A DNA stretch of 64,000 nucleotides from an uncultured Clostridia bacterium. Its GTDB lineage: Bacteria > Bacillota > Clostridia > TANB77 > CAG-508. A program made the translations under genes and the position numbers. Position 1 is the first letter of the stretch. Each line of letters opens with the position of its first letter. The notes beneath the pieces were generated by a model that did not search any database, had not been told where the DNA came from, and saw only the letters and a list, made by a program, of their open reading frames with translations. The stretch covers positions 1,536-65,535 of the forward strand of contig CANQXY010000004.1 in the NCBI GenBank assembly GCA_947627935.1, written 5' to 3'. This document shows, piece by piece, positions 47,444 through 57,491 of this stretch.

Positions 47444-48770
47444 TATTTGGATTGCATTAACTACAGAAAACCCAATATTGATGAAATGGATATTACTACT
47501 AATGTTTGTTGAAAATTATTTATCATTACATTTATTTTTATCAATATTAAATATTTCTTCTACAAGAAAGCAAAGAATATTATATATTTTTCTATTTAGT
47601 ATAGAAGGAATTATAAGTATGCTTTTCATTCCTTCTCCATTTAATTTAATATTTAATTATGTGATATCTTTTTTAATGATATTTATAATTTTCAAATTAA
47701 AACCTTTAAAAGTTATACTTTGCATTATATTACCAGTTATAATATTTGCATTAGTTGGAAGTTTAATTTCAAATCCATATCTTAGAATACTTAATATAAG
47801 TCATGAACAATATGAAACAATTCCTATATATAAATTAGGATATCTATGCATAATGTATATATCCATATTTTTGATAATTAAATTAATTAAACGTAAAAAT
47901 TTAAAAATTAATATACTAGAAGATTTAGATAATAAAACAAAAATGATTATAATTTGTAATTTCATTTTAGGTTTATTTGTTTTATGTGTGCAATTAATTA
48001 TAAATTCATATTTTATTGATAATTTACCTATTTTAATAACTTTTCTTAATTTTATATCTTTACTTGCATATTTCTTTGTAAGTATATATAGTTTAACTAG
48101 AGTAACTAAATTATCTATAACTCAAAAAGAATTAGAAAGCTCAGAATCATATAATAAATCTTTATCAATTTTACATGATAATATTAGAGGTTTTAAACAT
48201 GATTTTGATAATATTGTTGCAACAATAGGTGGATATGTTAAAACAAATGATATGGAAGGACTAAAAAAATATTATTATGAACTTGAAGATGATTGTCAAA
48301 GAGTAAATAATATAGCAACATTAAATCCTAATATAATAAACAACCCTGGTATTTATGCACTTCTAACATCTAAATACAATAAAGCAGATGAAAAGAATAT
48401 AAAAATAAATTTAGAGTTTTTCTTAGATTTAAATACTTTAAAAATAAAAATTTATGAATTTTCTAGAATTCTTGGTATATTATTAGATAATGCAATAGAA
48501 GCAGCTTCTGAATGTGAAGAAAAAGTTATAAATATTAAGTTTAGAAATGAACAAAGTAGGCATAGACATGTAGTTATTATAGAAAATACTTTTAAAGATA
48601 ATAATTTAGATATAGAAGAAATGTTTCAAAAAGGTGTATCTGGTAAACAAAATCATTCTGGACTTGGTTTATGGGAAATAAGACAAATATTAAAGAAAAA
48701 CAATAACTTAAACTTACATACTGAAAAATCTAAAAATTTATTTAAACAACAACTTGAAATATATTATTAA
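47427..48770 (+). CDS. AgrC-like GHKL sensor histidine kinase
   Basis: 447 aa with a multi-TM N-terminal half, then N-box LLDNAIEA and G-box SGLGLW. Confidence 0.8.
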   Translation: MEILNNIWIALTTENPILMKWILLLMFVENYLSLHLFLSILNISSTRKQRILYIFLFSIEGIISMLFIPSPFNLIFNYVISFLMIFIIFKLKPLKVILCIILPVIIFALVGSLISNPYLRILNISHEQYETIPIYKLGYLCIMYISIFLIIKLIKRKNLKINILEDLDNKTKMIIICNFILGLFVLCVQLIINSYFIDNLPILITFLNFISLLAYFFVSIYSLTRVTKLSITQKELESSESYNKSLSILHDNIRGFKHDFDNIVATIGGYVKTNDMEGLKKYYYELEDDCQRVNNIATLNPNIINNPGIYALLTSKYNKADEKNIKINLEFFLDLNTLKIKIYEFSRILGILLDNAIEAASECEEKVINIKFRNEQSRHRHVVIIENTFKDNNLDIEEMFQKGVSGKQNHSGLGLWEIRQILKKNNNLNLHTEKSKNLFKQQLEIYY

Positions 48771-48771
48771 T

Positions 48772-48800
48772 AAAGCTCTATTTTGAGCTTTATTTTTTTA
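48772..48800 (+). terminator. Rho-independent terminator of the RR-HK operon
   Basis: AAAGCTC/GAGCTTT followed by T7. Confidence 0.7.
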
Positions 48801-48802
48801 GC

Positions 48803-48841
48803 CCAAAAATAAACAACCCCTCTTTATTTGGGGTTGTTTAT
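48803..48841 (-). terminator. Rho-independent terminator of agrBD
   Basis: ATAAACAACCCC/GGGGTTGTTTAT followed by TTTTT on the minus strand. Confidence 0.7.
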
Positions 48842-48907
48842 CGTAAAATGGTTTTAATTTTATAATATTTAAGTTAAGGATTACTTAACTTTTATAAAAT
48901 CCTTTAA

Positions 48908-49026
48908 TTAATCTTTTTTGATCATAGATGCTGGCATTTTTGGTTGGTGCATAAACCACCACATAAGACATGCTGTATTTGTTGATTTTGCATATTTTTC
49001 TGCAACTTTAGCTAAAAATTTTAACA
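48908..49026 (-). pseudogene. agrD: AgrD-like autoinducing peptide precursor; the RBS-linked ATG is 1 nt out of frame
   Basis: One frame reads ..KFLAKVAEKYAKSTNTACLMWWFMHQPKMPASMIKKD*, with Cys and HQP as in clostridial AgrD, but it has no in-frame start. The ATG at 49026 (GGAGGG plus 7 nt) reads MLNF* in another frame. One extra base in the AAATTTTT tract (49021..49014) would give MLKFLAKV... Confidence 0.65.
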
Positions 49027-49090
49027 TATAAATTCCCTCCTTTTTTTTATATATATAGTATTAATATAATGTACTTAAATAAATTTAAAA

Positions 49091-49702
49091 TTATCCATAT
49101 ACTTCATATCCATACTTATTGTTAGTTAATTTATATGCGATTTTAGTTATTGAAATTGTCTGAATTAATGTGCCTATAATTAAGATATTTGATATTATAT
49201 AATTTGGATATATTAATGAAACTATTGTAGTTACTGTTACTATTATGTATGAAGCTACTTGTTTCTTTTTTCTTACTTTTGTTTCTAATATTGGAACATC
49301 TTCTGTATCTGCTGGAGCATAAAGTTTTATCATAATCATAGAAAATATCCAAACAAATGCTATTAATATATATCTAATTGCATCATCTATAATTAAATAC
49401 TTACTTAAGAATGCTGTTCCACAATATGTTAATGTAGTTGCTAATATGCAACCTAAATGTGTGTGTAAATGAAATCCTCCAGAAGTTGATCTATATGGCA
49501 TTATTAATATAAAAGTTAATAATGTTAATTTAAATATTCCAAGTATTAATGCAATTAGTAATGTTATAAATATTTTTGGAATCTCTCCAAATATAATTTG
49601 AAGTCCATAATTTATAACTTCTGCTCTTTCATCATCTACTTCAGGCATTTTTTCTCTTATTTTTTTAGTTAACAATGAACAGATTTTATCTATCATCTTC
49701 AT
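49091..49702 (-). CDS. agrB: AgrB family accessory gene regulator (AIP-processing membrane peptidase)
   Basis: 203 aa, polytopic, with the conserved His/Cys region RSTSGGFHLHTHLGCIL. Confidence 0.85.
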   Translation of the reverse strand: MKMIDKICSLLTKKIREKMPEVDDERAEVINYGLQIIFGEIPKIFITLLIALILGIFKLTLLTFILIMPYRSTSGGFHLHTHLGCILATTLTYCGTAFLSKYLIIDDAIRYILIAFVWIFSMIMIKLYAPADTEDVPILETKVRKKKQVASYIIVTVTTIVSLIYPNYIISNILIIGTLIQTISITKIAYKLTNNKYGYEVYG

Positions 49703-49767
49703 CGCCTCGCTTTTTTATTAAGCTCAGTTAGAAGTCTATCATTAGTATTCCTATTTTTATTATTTCT

Positions 49768-49819
49768 TTTATGAAATGTATATTTTACTTTATGAAAATT
49801 TATTCTATTGTTTCATAAA
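49768..49819 (-). promoter_or_regulatory. Candidate LytTR-type binding site: TTTCATAAA-N12-TTTCATAAA direct repeats plus an inverted third copy
   Basis: On the minus strand the 9-mers lie at 49797..49789 and 49776..49768 with a 12-nt spacer, 66 nt upstream of agrB. The inverted copy is at 49811-49819. Confidence 0.5.
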
Positions 49820-49844
49820 AATTTTATATAAAAAAAGATATAGA

Positions 49845-50537
49845 TTAATCTATATCTTTAACATTTTTTAATATACACCATGTTCCATTAGTTTCTGGTA
49901 AATCTTTAAATGACATTTCTTCTTTAGTTATAGGATGCTTTATTGTAAGTTTATATGCCCATAGTGCTATTTGCTTTCCTTGTCCCCTCGTTCCATATTT
50001 TTGATCTCCAAAGATACTATGATTAAAATGAGCAAGTTGTACTCTTATTTGATGATGTCTTCCTGTATGTAAATTTATTTTTAATAATGATAAATTTTTT
50101 ACTTCATTATATGCTAGTACCTCATAATCTAGTTTAGCAAACTTACTATTTTTCTTATTTTTATCTACAACTTTACTTATATTATTTCTCTCATCTTTAT
50201 ATAAATAATCTTCTAATGTACCTTTAAGATTTTCTATTTTCCCATCAACAACAGCTAAATATTGTTTTTTAAATTCTTTATTTCTTACTTGTTCACTTAA
50301 TCTTGATGCAGCTTTTGATGTTTTTGCAAATATCATAACTCCACCTACAGGTCTATCTAGCCTATGAACTAATCCTAAATATACATTTCCTGGTTTATTA
50401 TATTTTTCTTTTAAATATTCCTTTATAATTTTTAAGCAATCAATATCATCTGTTTTATCTGCTTGTGAAGGAATATTTGGCTTTTTTTCCACTACTATTA
50501 TATGATTATCTTCATAGATAACTTTTAAATTTTCCAT
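49845..50537 (-). CDS. RluA-family pseudouridine synthase
   Basis: Contains the HRLDRPVGGVMIFAKT catalytic motif. The ATG at 50537 follows AGAGG. Confidence 0.85.
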   Translation of the reverse strand: MENLKVIYEDNHIIVVEKKPNIPSQADKTDDIDCLKIIKEYLKEKYNKPGNVYLGLVHRLDRPVGGVMIFAKTSKAASRLSEQVRNKEFKKQYLAVVDGKIENLKGTLEDYLYKDERNNISKVVDKNKKNSKFAKLDYEVLAYNEVKNLSLLKINLHTGRHHQIRVQLAHFNHSIFGDQKYGTRGQGKQIALWAYKLTIKHPITKEEMSFKDLPETNGTWCILKNVKDID

Positions 50538-50547
50538 TTTTATACCT

Positions 50548-51411
50548 CTATTTTTCCCAACGACCATATATTCCACATGGTAAAATTAGCTTTGAATCTT
50601 CCATAGGAAGTCCTACTTCTCCTGAAGTTACTCTTCCTTTATATTTTTTATTTACAGTTAAATTCAAAATATTTTCTAATACAACACTTGATATTCCTGT
50701 TGTATATGAATTTATTAAAAAGAATAATGGATCATCTGATAAAACTTTTGTACAAAGTTCTACTAAATCATATATATTATTTTCAAATTGCCAAACTTCT
50801 CCATTTGTACCTCTTCCATATGAAGGAGGATCCATTATTATGGCGTCATACTTATTTTCTCTTCTTATTTCTCTATTAACAAATTTAACTACATCATCTA
50901 TTATGTATCTTACTGGTCTATTCTCTAACCCAGATGAAATAACATTTTCTTTAGCCCAAGAAACCATACCTTTTGAACTATCCACGTGGCAACAAGATGC
51001 TCCTGCATACAAACAAGCAACTGTTGCTCCACCAGTATATGCAAATAAATTCAATACTTTTATTGGTCTTTTTTCACATTTTATTTTTTCTATCATCCAA
51101 TCCCAATTAACAGCTTGTTCTGGAAATAATCCTGTATGTTTAAATCCCATTGGTTTTATATTAAAAGTTAAATCTTTATATTTTACTTGCCATTGCTTAG
51201 GCATCTTTTTAGTATACTCCCAAGATCCTCCACCTGTTTTACTTCTATGATATGTAGCATTTATTTCATCCCACTTTTTTGGAAAACTCTTATCTTTCCA
51301 TATTATTTGAGGATCTGGTCTTGATAATATTACATCTCCCCATTTTTCTAGTTTTTGACCATTTGCCATATCTAATATTTTATAATCTTTCCAATTATTT
51401 GCTATATTCAT
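50548..51411 (-). CDS. Class I SAM-dependent methyltransferase (RlmI/YwbD-like)
   Basis: 287 aa with the SAM-binding region VLNLFAYTGGATVA and DAIIMDPPSYG. Confidence 0.65.
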   Translation of the reverse strand: MNIANNWKDYKILDMANGQKLEKWGDVILSRPDPQIIWKDKSFPKKWDEINATYHRSKTGGGSWEYTKKMPKQWQVKYKDLTFNIKPMGFKHTGLFPEQAVNWDWMIEKIKCEKRPIKVLNLFAYTGGATVACLYAGASCCHVDSSKGMVSWAKENVISSGLENRPVRYIIDDVVKFVNREIRRENKYDAIIMDPPSYGRGTNGEVWQFENNIYDLVELCTKVLSDDPLFFLINSYTTGISSVVLENILNLTVNKKYKGRVTSGEVGLPMEDSKLILPCGIYGRWEK

Positions 51412-51491
51412 TATTTTCTCCTTAAAAAATACTATTCATCAATTTGAATAGTATTATTTTAACATATTTTTTTAAATTTTCCAATATAGCT

Positions 51492-51701
51492 TTATATATT
51501 TGTTAATATAGCCATAAAGTTATATATTAACAAAAAATTAATACTTGAAAGTAAAATAAAAGCAATCAAAAATATGTTTAGTAACATATGTTTTTTAAAA
51601 AACTTCATAAATTTGCTTGTCCAACTTTCATTTTTGATTTCTAATCTGTTTAATCTTGTATTGTACCTTATATTAAATATTTCATCTTTAGCATATTCCA
51701 T
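51492..51701 (-). CDS. Hypothetical small membrane protein (69 aa)
   Basis: The ATG at 51701 follows AAGGGGG. One C-terminal TM segment. Confidence 0.45.
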   Translation of the reverse strand: MEYAKDEIFNIRYNTRLNRLEIKNESWTSKFMKFFKKHMLLNIFLIAFILLSSINFLLIYNFMAILTNI

Positions 51702-51799
51702 TAAAATTTCCCCCTTATATTTTATTATCACTAATATATTCATTATTTTTATATTTAGAACAAAAACTCATCGCAAAAAAACATAAAAAGAATCAAACA

Positions 51800-53581
51800 T
51801 TACATTTGTTTGACTCTTTTTGCTAAATCTCTTGTTATTCCTTTAACTTTCATCAAATCTTCGACTTTTGCTTTTTTTATGTTTTCTATACTTCCAAATT
51901 CTTTTAATAGTGCTTTTTTCTTTGTATCCCCTATTCCTTTAATATTATCTAATTCTGATTTTGTAATTTCTTTGTCTCTTAATTTTCTGTGATAAGAAAT
52001 TGCAGTATCATGAACTGTATCTTGAAATCTAGTAATTAATTTCATAAGATTATCTGAGATTTTATATTCTTTTTTTTCTTCATCTATTAATGCTCTTGTT
52101 TGATGTTTATTATTTTTGACCATACCAAAAACTGGTATATTTAATTTATATTTTTCTACAGCTTTTTTAGTAGCTTTTATTTGAGTTATACCACCATCTA
52201 CTAATATTAAATCTGGTAATTTTCCGAATCCACCTTTTTCATTTTCAATAGAATGCTTTAGTCTTCTAGTAACTACTTCTTCCATACATTTAGGATCATC
52301 TTGACCATATACTGTTTTTATTTTAAATCTTCTTGATAAATTCTTTTTTATTTCTCCATCTTGAATTATACACATTGCAGCAACCATAAACTGACCTGAA
52401 ATATTTGATATATCATATGTTTCAATTTTTCTAGGTAATTTTTCTAAATTTAAAACTTCTTTAAATTCTAATAATACTTCATTTTTATTTTTTTCTTTAT
52501 TTTCTAAAGTAACTTTACTATTTAATTCTGCCATTTCAACAAATCTTAACTTTTCACCTTTTTTTGGTGTCCTTAATTCCACTTTTTTACCTAATTCTGT
52601 GGATAACCATTCTTCAATTGCTTCTTTATCATCTAATTCTTCTCTTAGCATAATTTTATTTGGTATGTTTGGATTTTCAAAATAATATTGTTTTATAAAT
52701 CCAGATAAAATTTCTTTATCATTCATTTCAGTTAAATCTTTTAAGAAGTAATGTTCTCTTCCTATCATTTTACTATTACGTACAAAAAATATTTCAATAC
52801 AAACTTCTATATCTGATTTAGAAAGTCCTATAACATCTATATTATTTTCTGAAATATTTGAAACCTTTTGTTTTTCTGAAACTCTTTCAATTGCTATTTT
52901 TCTATCTCTAATATATGCAGCCTGTTCAAAGTCTAAATTATTAGATGCATTTTTCATTTGAATATCTAGTTCTTTTATTAGTTTATCTGTTTTCCCATCT
53001 AATAAATCTATTATTTCATTAATTTGATTTCTATATTCTTCTTTTGATATATAACCCATACATGGAGCCATACACCTTTTTATATGATAATTTAAACATG
53101 CTCTTGTATTAGATTTAAAATTTCTACATTGACGTATTTTATATTTTTGTTTAATAAAATCGACCATTTCTTTAGCAGCACCTGGATTTGCATATGGGCC
53201 AAAATATTTTGATCCATCATTTACTACTTTTCTTGTTATATATACTCCTGGATAATCTGATTTTACATCTATTTTTATATATGGATATGTTTTATCATCT
53301 TTTAATAAAACATTAAATCTTGGTCTATTTTTTTTGATTAAATTACACTCTAAAATTAGTGCTTCTGCTTCATTATCAACAACTATATATTCAAAATGGT
53401 CAATTAAACTTACCATCTTCTTTATTCTTTCAGTTTTGTCTGTTTTTCTAAAATATGATCTAACACGATTTTTAAGTGATATTGCTTTTCCTACATATAT
53501 AATTTTATCATCTTTATCTTTCATTATATATACTCCAGGTTTTCCTGGTAACTTTTTTAATTCTTCTTCAATATTAAACAT
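51800..53581 (-). CDS. uvrC: Excinuclease ABC subunit C
   Basis: 593 aa with a GIY-YIG N-terminus (GVYIMKDKDDKIIYVGKA), a UVR domain, an endonuclease domain, and a C-terminal HhH. Confidence 0.95.
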   Translation of the reverse strand: MFNIEEELKKLPGKPGVYIMKDKDDKIIYVGKAISLKNRVRSYFRKTDKTERIKKMVSLIDHFEYIVVDNEAEALILECNLIKKNRPRFNVLLKDDKTYPYIKIDVKSDYPGVYITRKVVNDGSKYFGPYANPGAAKEMVDFIKQKYKIRQCRNFKSNTRACLNYHIKRCMAPCMGYISKEEYRNQINEIIDLLDGKTDKLIKELDIQMKNASNNLDFEQAAYIRDRKIAIERVSEKQKVSNISENNIDVIGLSKSDIEVCIEIFFVRNSKMIGREHYFLKDLTEMNDKEILSGFIKQYYFENPNIPNKIMLREELDDKEAIEEWLSTELGKKVELRTPKKGEKLRFVEMAELNSKVTLENKEKNKNEVLLEFKEVLNLEKLPRKIETYDISNISGQFMVAAMCIIQDGEIKKNLSRRFKIKTVYGQDDPKCMEEVVTRRLKHSIENEKGGFGKLPDLILVDGGITQIKATKKAVEKYKLNIPVFGMVKNNKHQTRALIDEEKKEYKISDNLMKLITRFQDTVHDTAISYHRKLRDKEITKSELDNIKGIGDTKKKALLKEFGSIENIKKAKVEDLMKVKGITRDLAKRVKQM

Positions 53582-53796
53582 TTTCTCACCTTAACATAAA
53601 TATCATTTATATTATATCATCCAAACACTTAATTGTCTATATTTTAAAACTATCACTATTTCTTGTTAAATAAATTTTTTTATATTTTATATATATTTTT
53701 TTACAAAAACTTGCCACTTTTTTTGTTTTAGTGTAATATAATAAAGTAATTGAAAGACAAATAATAAAATTTTTAAGAAAGGAGTTTTTATTATTT

Positions 53797-53936
53797 AAGC
53801 GCCTGGACAGTTTTATACTGTTGACGAGGTCTAAAGTTATCGAAAAATTCGGCGGATGCTTTAGTGGCAAAGGTTACTGTCATAGATATTAATAAAAAGC
53901 AATAGTGATATTGTAACAGAGTTAATATTAGTAACT
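53797..53936 (+). ncRNA. glmS ribozyme (GlcN6P-responsive self-cleaving riboswitch)
   Basis: AGCGCCUGGACAG..CUGUUGACGAGG..GUUAUCGAAAAAUUCGGCGGAUGC matches the conserved glmS ribozyme core. It sits directly upstream of glmS. The 3' boundary is approximate. Confidence 0.85.
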
Positions 53937-53985
53937 ATTATTTGTATGCTTTCAATTCCTATACAAAATTTAAGGAGGATTTTTT

Positions 53986-55809
53986 ATGTGTGGAATTGTA
54001 GGTTACATAGGAACCAAAAAAGCAAGTCCTATATTAATTAATGGACTTTTAAAATTAGAATACAGAGGATATGATTCTGCTGGTATTTCTACAATGGAGA
54101 AAGACTCTATATCTGTTATGAAAGATAAAGGTAGAGTTAAAAATTTATATGATTTAGAGGGAATAAATGATTTAAAAGGAACTGTTGGTATTGCTCATAC
54201 TAGATGGGCAACTCATGGTAAACCTTCAAAAGAAAACTCTCACCCTCATTTAGACAATAGTAATACTTTTTGTGTAGTACATAATGGTATTATTGAAAAT
54301 TATAATGATTTACGTACTTTTCTAAAAGATAATGGGTATGAATTTTATTCTGAAACAGATACAGAAGTTATACCTAATTTAATATCTTATTATTATAAAA
54401 AAGGAAATGACTTTTTAAAATCTGTAAATCTTGCTTGTAATGATTTAAAAGGAAGTTATGCAATCGAAGTAATTTGTAAGGATATGCCAGAAAATATGAT
54501 AGTAGCAAGAAAAGATAGCCCTTTGGTAATTGGAAAATCAGATGATGAAATATTTGTTTCTTCTGATATTCCAGCATTAATTTCTTTTACAAATACTTTT
54601 TACTTCTTAAATGATAATGAAATTGCATATATATCAAAAGATAATATTAAATTTTATGATAATAATTTAAATGAAGTATCTAAAGAGTTAACAACTGTTG
54701 AATTATCTGCTAATAGTGCTGATAAAGACGGATTTGAAGATTACATGCTAAAAGAAATTTATGAGCAACCAAAAGCAATAAGAGAAACAATAGGAACTTC
54801 TTTAAATGGAAGCAAAATAAATTTTGAAGGATTAAATCTTACTAAAGAATACTTATCTAAAATTAATAAAATTTATATGGTAGCTTGTGGTACAGCAATG
54901 CATGCAGGCTTAGGTGTAAAATCTAACTTTGAAACATTATGTAATATACCTGTAATTGTAGAAGTTGCATCAGAATTTAGATATAGAAATCCTTTAATAG
55001 ATGAAAATACTTTATGTATTTATATAAGTCAATCAGGAGAAACAGCTGATACTATTGCAGCACTTAAACTTGCAAAATCAAAAGGTGCTAAAACAATTGC
55101 AATTACAAATGTTATAGAAAGTTCTATTACAAGAGAAGCAGATTATTTTGTATATACTCATGCAGGCCCTGAAATAGCTGTTGCTTCAACAAAGGCATAC
55201 ACATCTCAATTAGTTTTATTAAATATAATGGCACTATATTTCGCTGAAATATTAGAAAGTTCTACTGAAAGTAGAATTGATAATATTAAAAAAGAAATAT
55301 TAAAATTACCTGAAAAAGCTGAAGAAATCTTAAAAGATATAACTAATATAAAAAATATTGCACATGAAATTCACTCAAAGAAAACTATGTTTTATTTAGG
55401 CAGAGGTATTGATTACTCTGTTGCAATGGAAGGAGCTTTAAAGCTAAAGGAAATTTCTTATATCTTCTCTGAAGCATATCCTTCTGGTGAATTAAAACAT
55501 GGACCAATCGCTCTAATAGAAAAAGGAACTTCTGTTATAAATATTTTAACAAATTCTACTTTAGTAGAAAAATCTTTAAGCAATATCCAAGAAGTTGTTA
55601 CACGTGGTGCTACTTGTATAATAATTACAAATCAAGATTTTGATATATCAAACTTTGAAAATGTAATAAAAATACCAGAAATATCTGCACTTTTATCACC
55701 AATACTTTCAGTTATTCCGCTTCAATTACTTGCTTACTATATAACAAAAGAAAAAGGATTAGATGTTGATAAGCCTAGAAATTTAGCAAAATCAGTAACA
55801 GTTGAATAA
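53986..55809 (+). CDS. glmS: Glutamine--fructose-6-phosphate aminotransferase
   Basis: 607 aa with an MCGIVGY Ntn nucleophile, two SIS domains, and a C-terminal KSVTVE. Confidence 0.97.
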   Translation: MCGIVGYIGTKKASPILINGLLKLEYRGYDSAGISTMEKDSISVMKDKGRVKNLYDLEGINDLKGTVGIAHTRWATHGKPSKENSHPHLDNSNTFCVVHNGIIENYNDLRTFLKDNGYEFYSETDTEVIPNLISYYYKKGNDFLKSVNLACNDLKGSYAIEVICKDMPENMIVARKDSPLVIGKSDDEIFVSSDIPALISFTNTFYFLNDNEIAYISKDNIKFYDNNLNEVSKELTTVELSANSADKDGFEDYMLKEIYEQPKAIRETIGTSLNGSKINFEGLNLTKEYLSKINKIYMVACGTAMHAGLGVKSNFETLCNIPVIVEVASEFRYRNPLIDENTLCIYISQSGETADTIAALKLAKSKGAKTIAITNVIESSITREADYFVYTHAGPEIAVASTKAYTSQLVLLNIMALYFAEILESSTESRIDNIKKEILKLPEKAEEILKDITNIKNIAHEIHSKKTMFYLGRGIDYSVAMEGALKLKEISYIFSEAYPSGELKHGPIALIEKGTSVINILTNSTLVEKSLSNIQEVVTRGATCIIITNQDFDISNFENVIKIPEISALLSPILSVIPLQLLAYYITKEKGLDVDKPRNLAKSVTVE

Positions 55810-55851
55810 TAACTTAAAAGGTTCTAAGTAATTAGGACCTTTTATTTGTAT

Positions 55852-56121
55852 TTATCCTAATAATATTTTTATTAGTACTAATGCAATAGCTCCTGGTATT
55901 CCCAAAATTCCTATTGTAATTGAAGTAATTAAATTTAATCCTATATGAAACCCAAAACTTGTTCCTATTATATTTATTATAAATATTAATACTCCTCCTA
56001 AGATTGAATTTAAGACAAGTTTTAATACTTTTTTAATTGGTAATATAAATATTCTACCAATTAAAAATATAAAACAAATACATGCTAAAAAAGCTATTAT
56101 ATTTTGATCCAAATTAATCAC
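55852..56121 (-). CDS. bofA: Pro-sigma-K processing inhibitor BofA
   Basis: 89 aa with two TM segments and the glycine-rich C-terminal helix GILGIPGAIALV. It is adjacent to a yaaL-like gene, as in Bacillus. Confidence 0.75.
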   Translation of the reverse strand: MINLDQNIIAFLACICFIFLIGRIFILPIKKVLKLVLNSILGGVLIFIINIIGTSFGFHIGLNLITSITIGILGIPGAIALVLIKILLG

Positions 56122-56184
56122 CTCAAAAAAGATAGTAATAAAATCTTATTACTATCTTTATGAATAATTTAGGACAAATATTAC

Positions 56185-56469
56185 TTATACTGCCTCATTT
56201 TCTTTTTCTATTCTTATTTTTAGTTCATTTATTCTGTCTAATACAATTCCTCTAGATTTAGCTACTCTAATCAAATAATCTAATTTTTCTTGACTTGCCT
56301 TTATTTGATATGTATAATAATCTACCATATCATGTTCTGCATGTTCAAAATTATTATTTGCATTTTGTAATTCTTTTTTTGCTGACATAATACTTTTAAT
56401 TAATTCTACTCTCTTTTCCTCTTCTGTTTTTTCAAAAATCTTTTGCTCTTTAATATATTGTTCGTACAT
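56185..56469 (-). CDS. DUF2508 (YaaL-like) protein
   Basis: Contains AKKELQNANNNFEHAEHDMVDYYTYQIKA, typical of YaaL. The ATG at 56469 follows AAGGAG. Confidence 0.65.
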   Translation of the reverse strand: MYEQYIKEQKIFEKTEEEKRVELIKSIMSAKKELQNANNNFEHAEHDMVDYYTYQIKASQEKLDYLIRVAKSRGIVLDRINELKIRIEKENEAV

Positions 56470-56534
56470 AATGCTCTCCTTAAATAATTTACATTTTTTA
56501 GTAGTATATGTTTTAAGAAAAAATTTATTCAATA

Positions 56535-57374
56535 TTATATAAAACTATATATTAAAATTCCTATTGATTGAATTATAAATAAATTTAAAATATTAGATGT
56601 AAGTAAATTATTTGTAGCTTCTACTACACCTGAAATATTATTATTATTTTTTTTATGATGTTTTTGAGATTCAAAAAATGTTATAAGCTCAGGTATACTT
56701 GTTATAAATCCTAATAATATTCCTATAATTATTTGCGGAATGTTAAAAATATTGCATAAAGATTCTAAAGTATTACCTAATTTATTCCCTATTATAAATA
56801 ATAAAACTCCAGTTAAAATTAAATATATTACATATTTAAATGTTTTTAATTTGATATTTTCATTTGTATTTATTTGTATATCTATATCTTTAGTATCATT
56901 TTGTTTATTTATATATAAAGTATGTGATTTACTATTTAATAATATAAACAAACAATATAATATTATAAATGCAGGGATTATATTTGTATCTATATCTATA
57001 TTAAATATTAATAATAAAATTGGTATAATTATTGTTATACTTACTAAAATCATATCTAATATAATAGCTTTATTTCTTAAAATTTTATGATTTTTATTTA
57101 ATATTATTGCAAATACATATTGAATAAGATTTATTACATTTGAACTTATTATATTATATATACTAGTTCCTATTAATCCATTAAAACTAGATATTCCTAC
57201 AGTTAATAATTCAGGAATTGATGTTGCATAACCTGCGATATTTCCAACTATTCTAGATTTCAATTTTAAACTTTCTGCTAAACTTCTTAATGTTGTTACT
57301 AATATATATTTTGAAATTATAACAATTAATCCAGAATAAATTATAAATTTAATAATTTCTAAAAATAAATTCAT
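56535..57374 (-). CDS. Cation/Ca2+ exchanger (CaCA) family membrane protein
   Basis: 279 aa, about 8-10 TM, with two alpha-repeat motifs: GYATSIPELLT and GFITSIPELIT. Confidence 0.55.
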   Translation of the reverse strand: MNLFLEIIKFIIYSGLIVIISKYILVTTLRSLAESLKLKSRIVGNIAGYATSIPELLTVGISSFNGLIGTSIYNIISSNVINLIQYVFAIILNKNHKILRNKAIILDMILVSITIIIPILLLIFNIDIDTNIIPAFIILYCLFILLNSKSHTLYINKQNDTKDIDIQINTNENIKLKTFKYVIYLILTGVLLFIIGNKLGNTLESLCNIFNIPQIIIGILLGFITSIPELITFFESQKHHKKNNNNISGVVEATNNLLTSNILNLFIIQSIGILIYSFI

Positions 57375-57491
57375 ATCTGCTTTTCCTCTATAATAATATT
57401 TTTAGAATTATTATTTCCATTTTGTTGATAATTATCATAATTTATTATATAATATGAACTATTAAAATGACTTTATATGGAGGTTAAAAAA

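Noticed and set aside
53637-53870. Tracked ORF 53637-53870 (-).
   Set aside because: It overlaps the glmS ribozyme and the uvrC-glmS intergenic region, and it has no RBS.
57375-57491. A T-box leader upstream of serS, and similarly upstream of gltX at 63215-63311.
   Set aside because: The intergenic regions are only about 100 nt. They lack a specifier-loop/T-box sequence and an antiterminator. The gltX-side hairpin is the rnj terminator.
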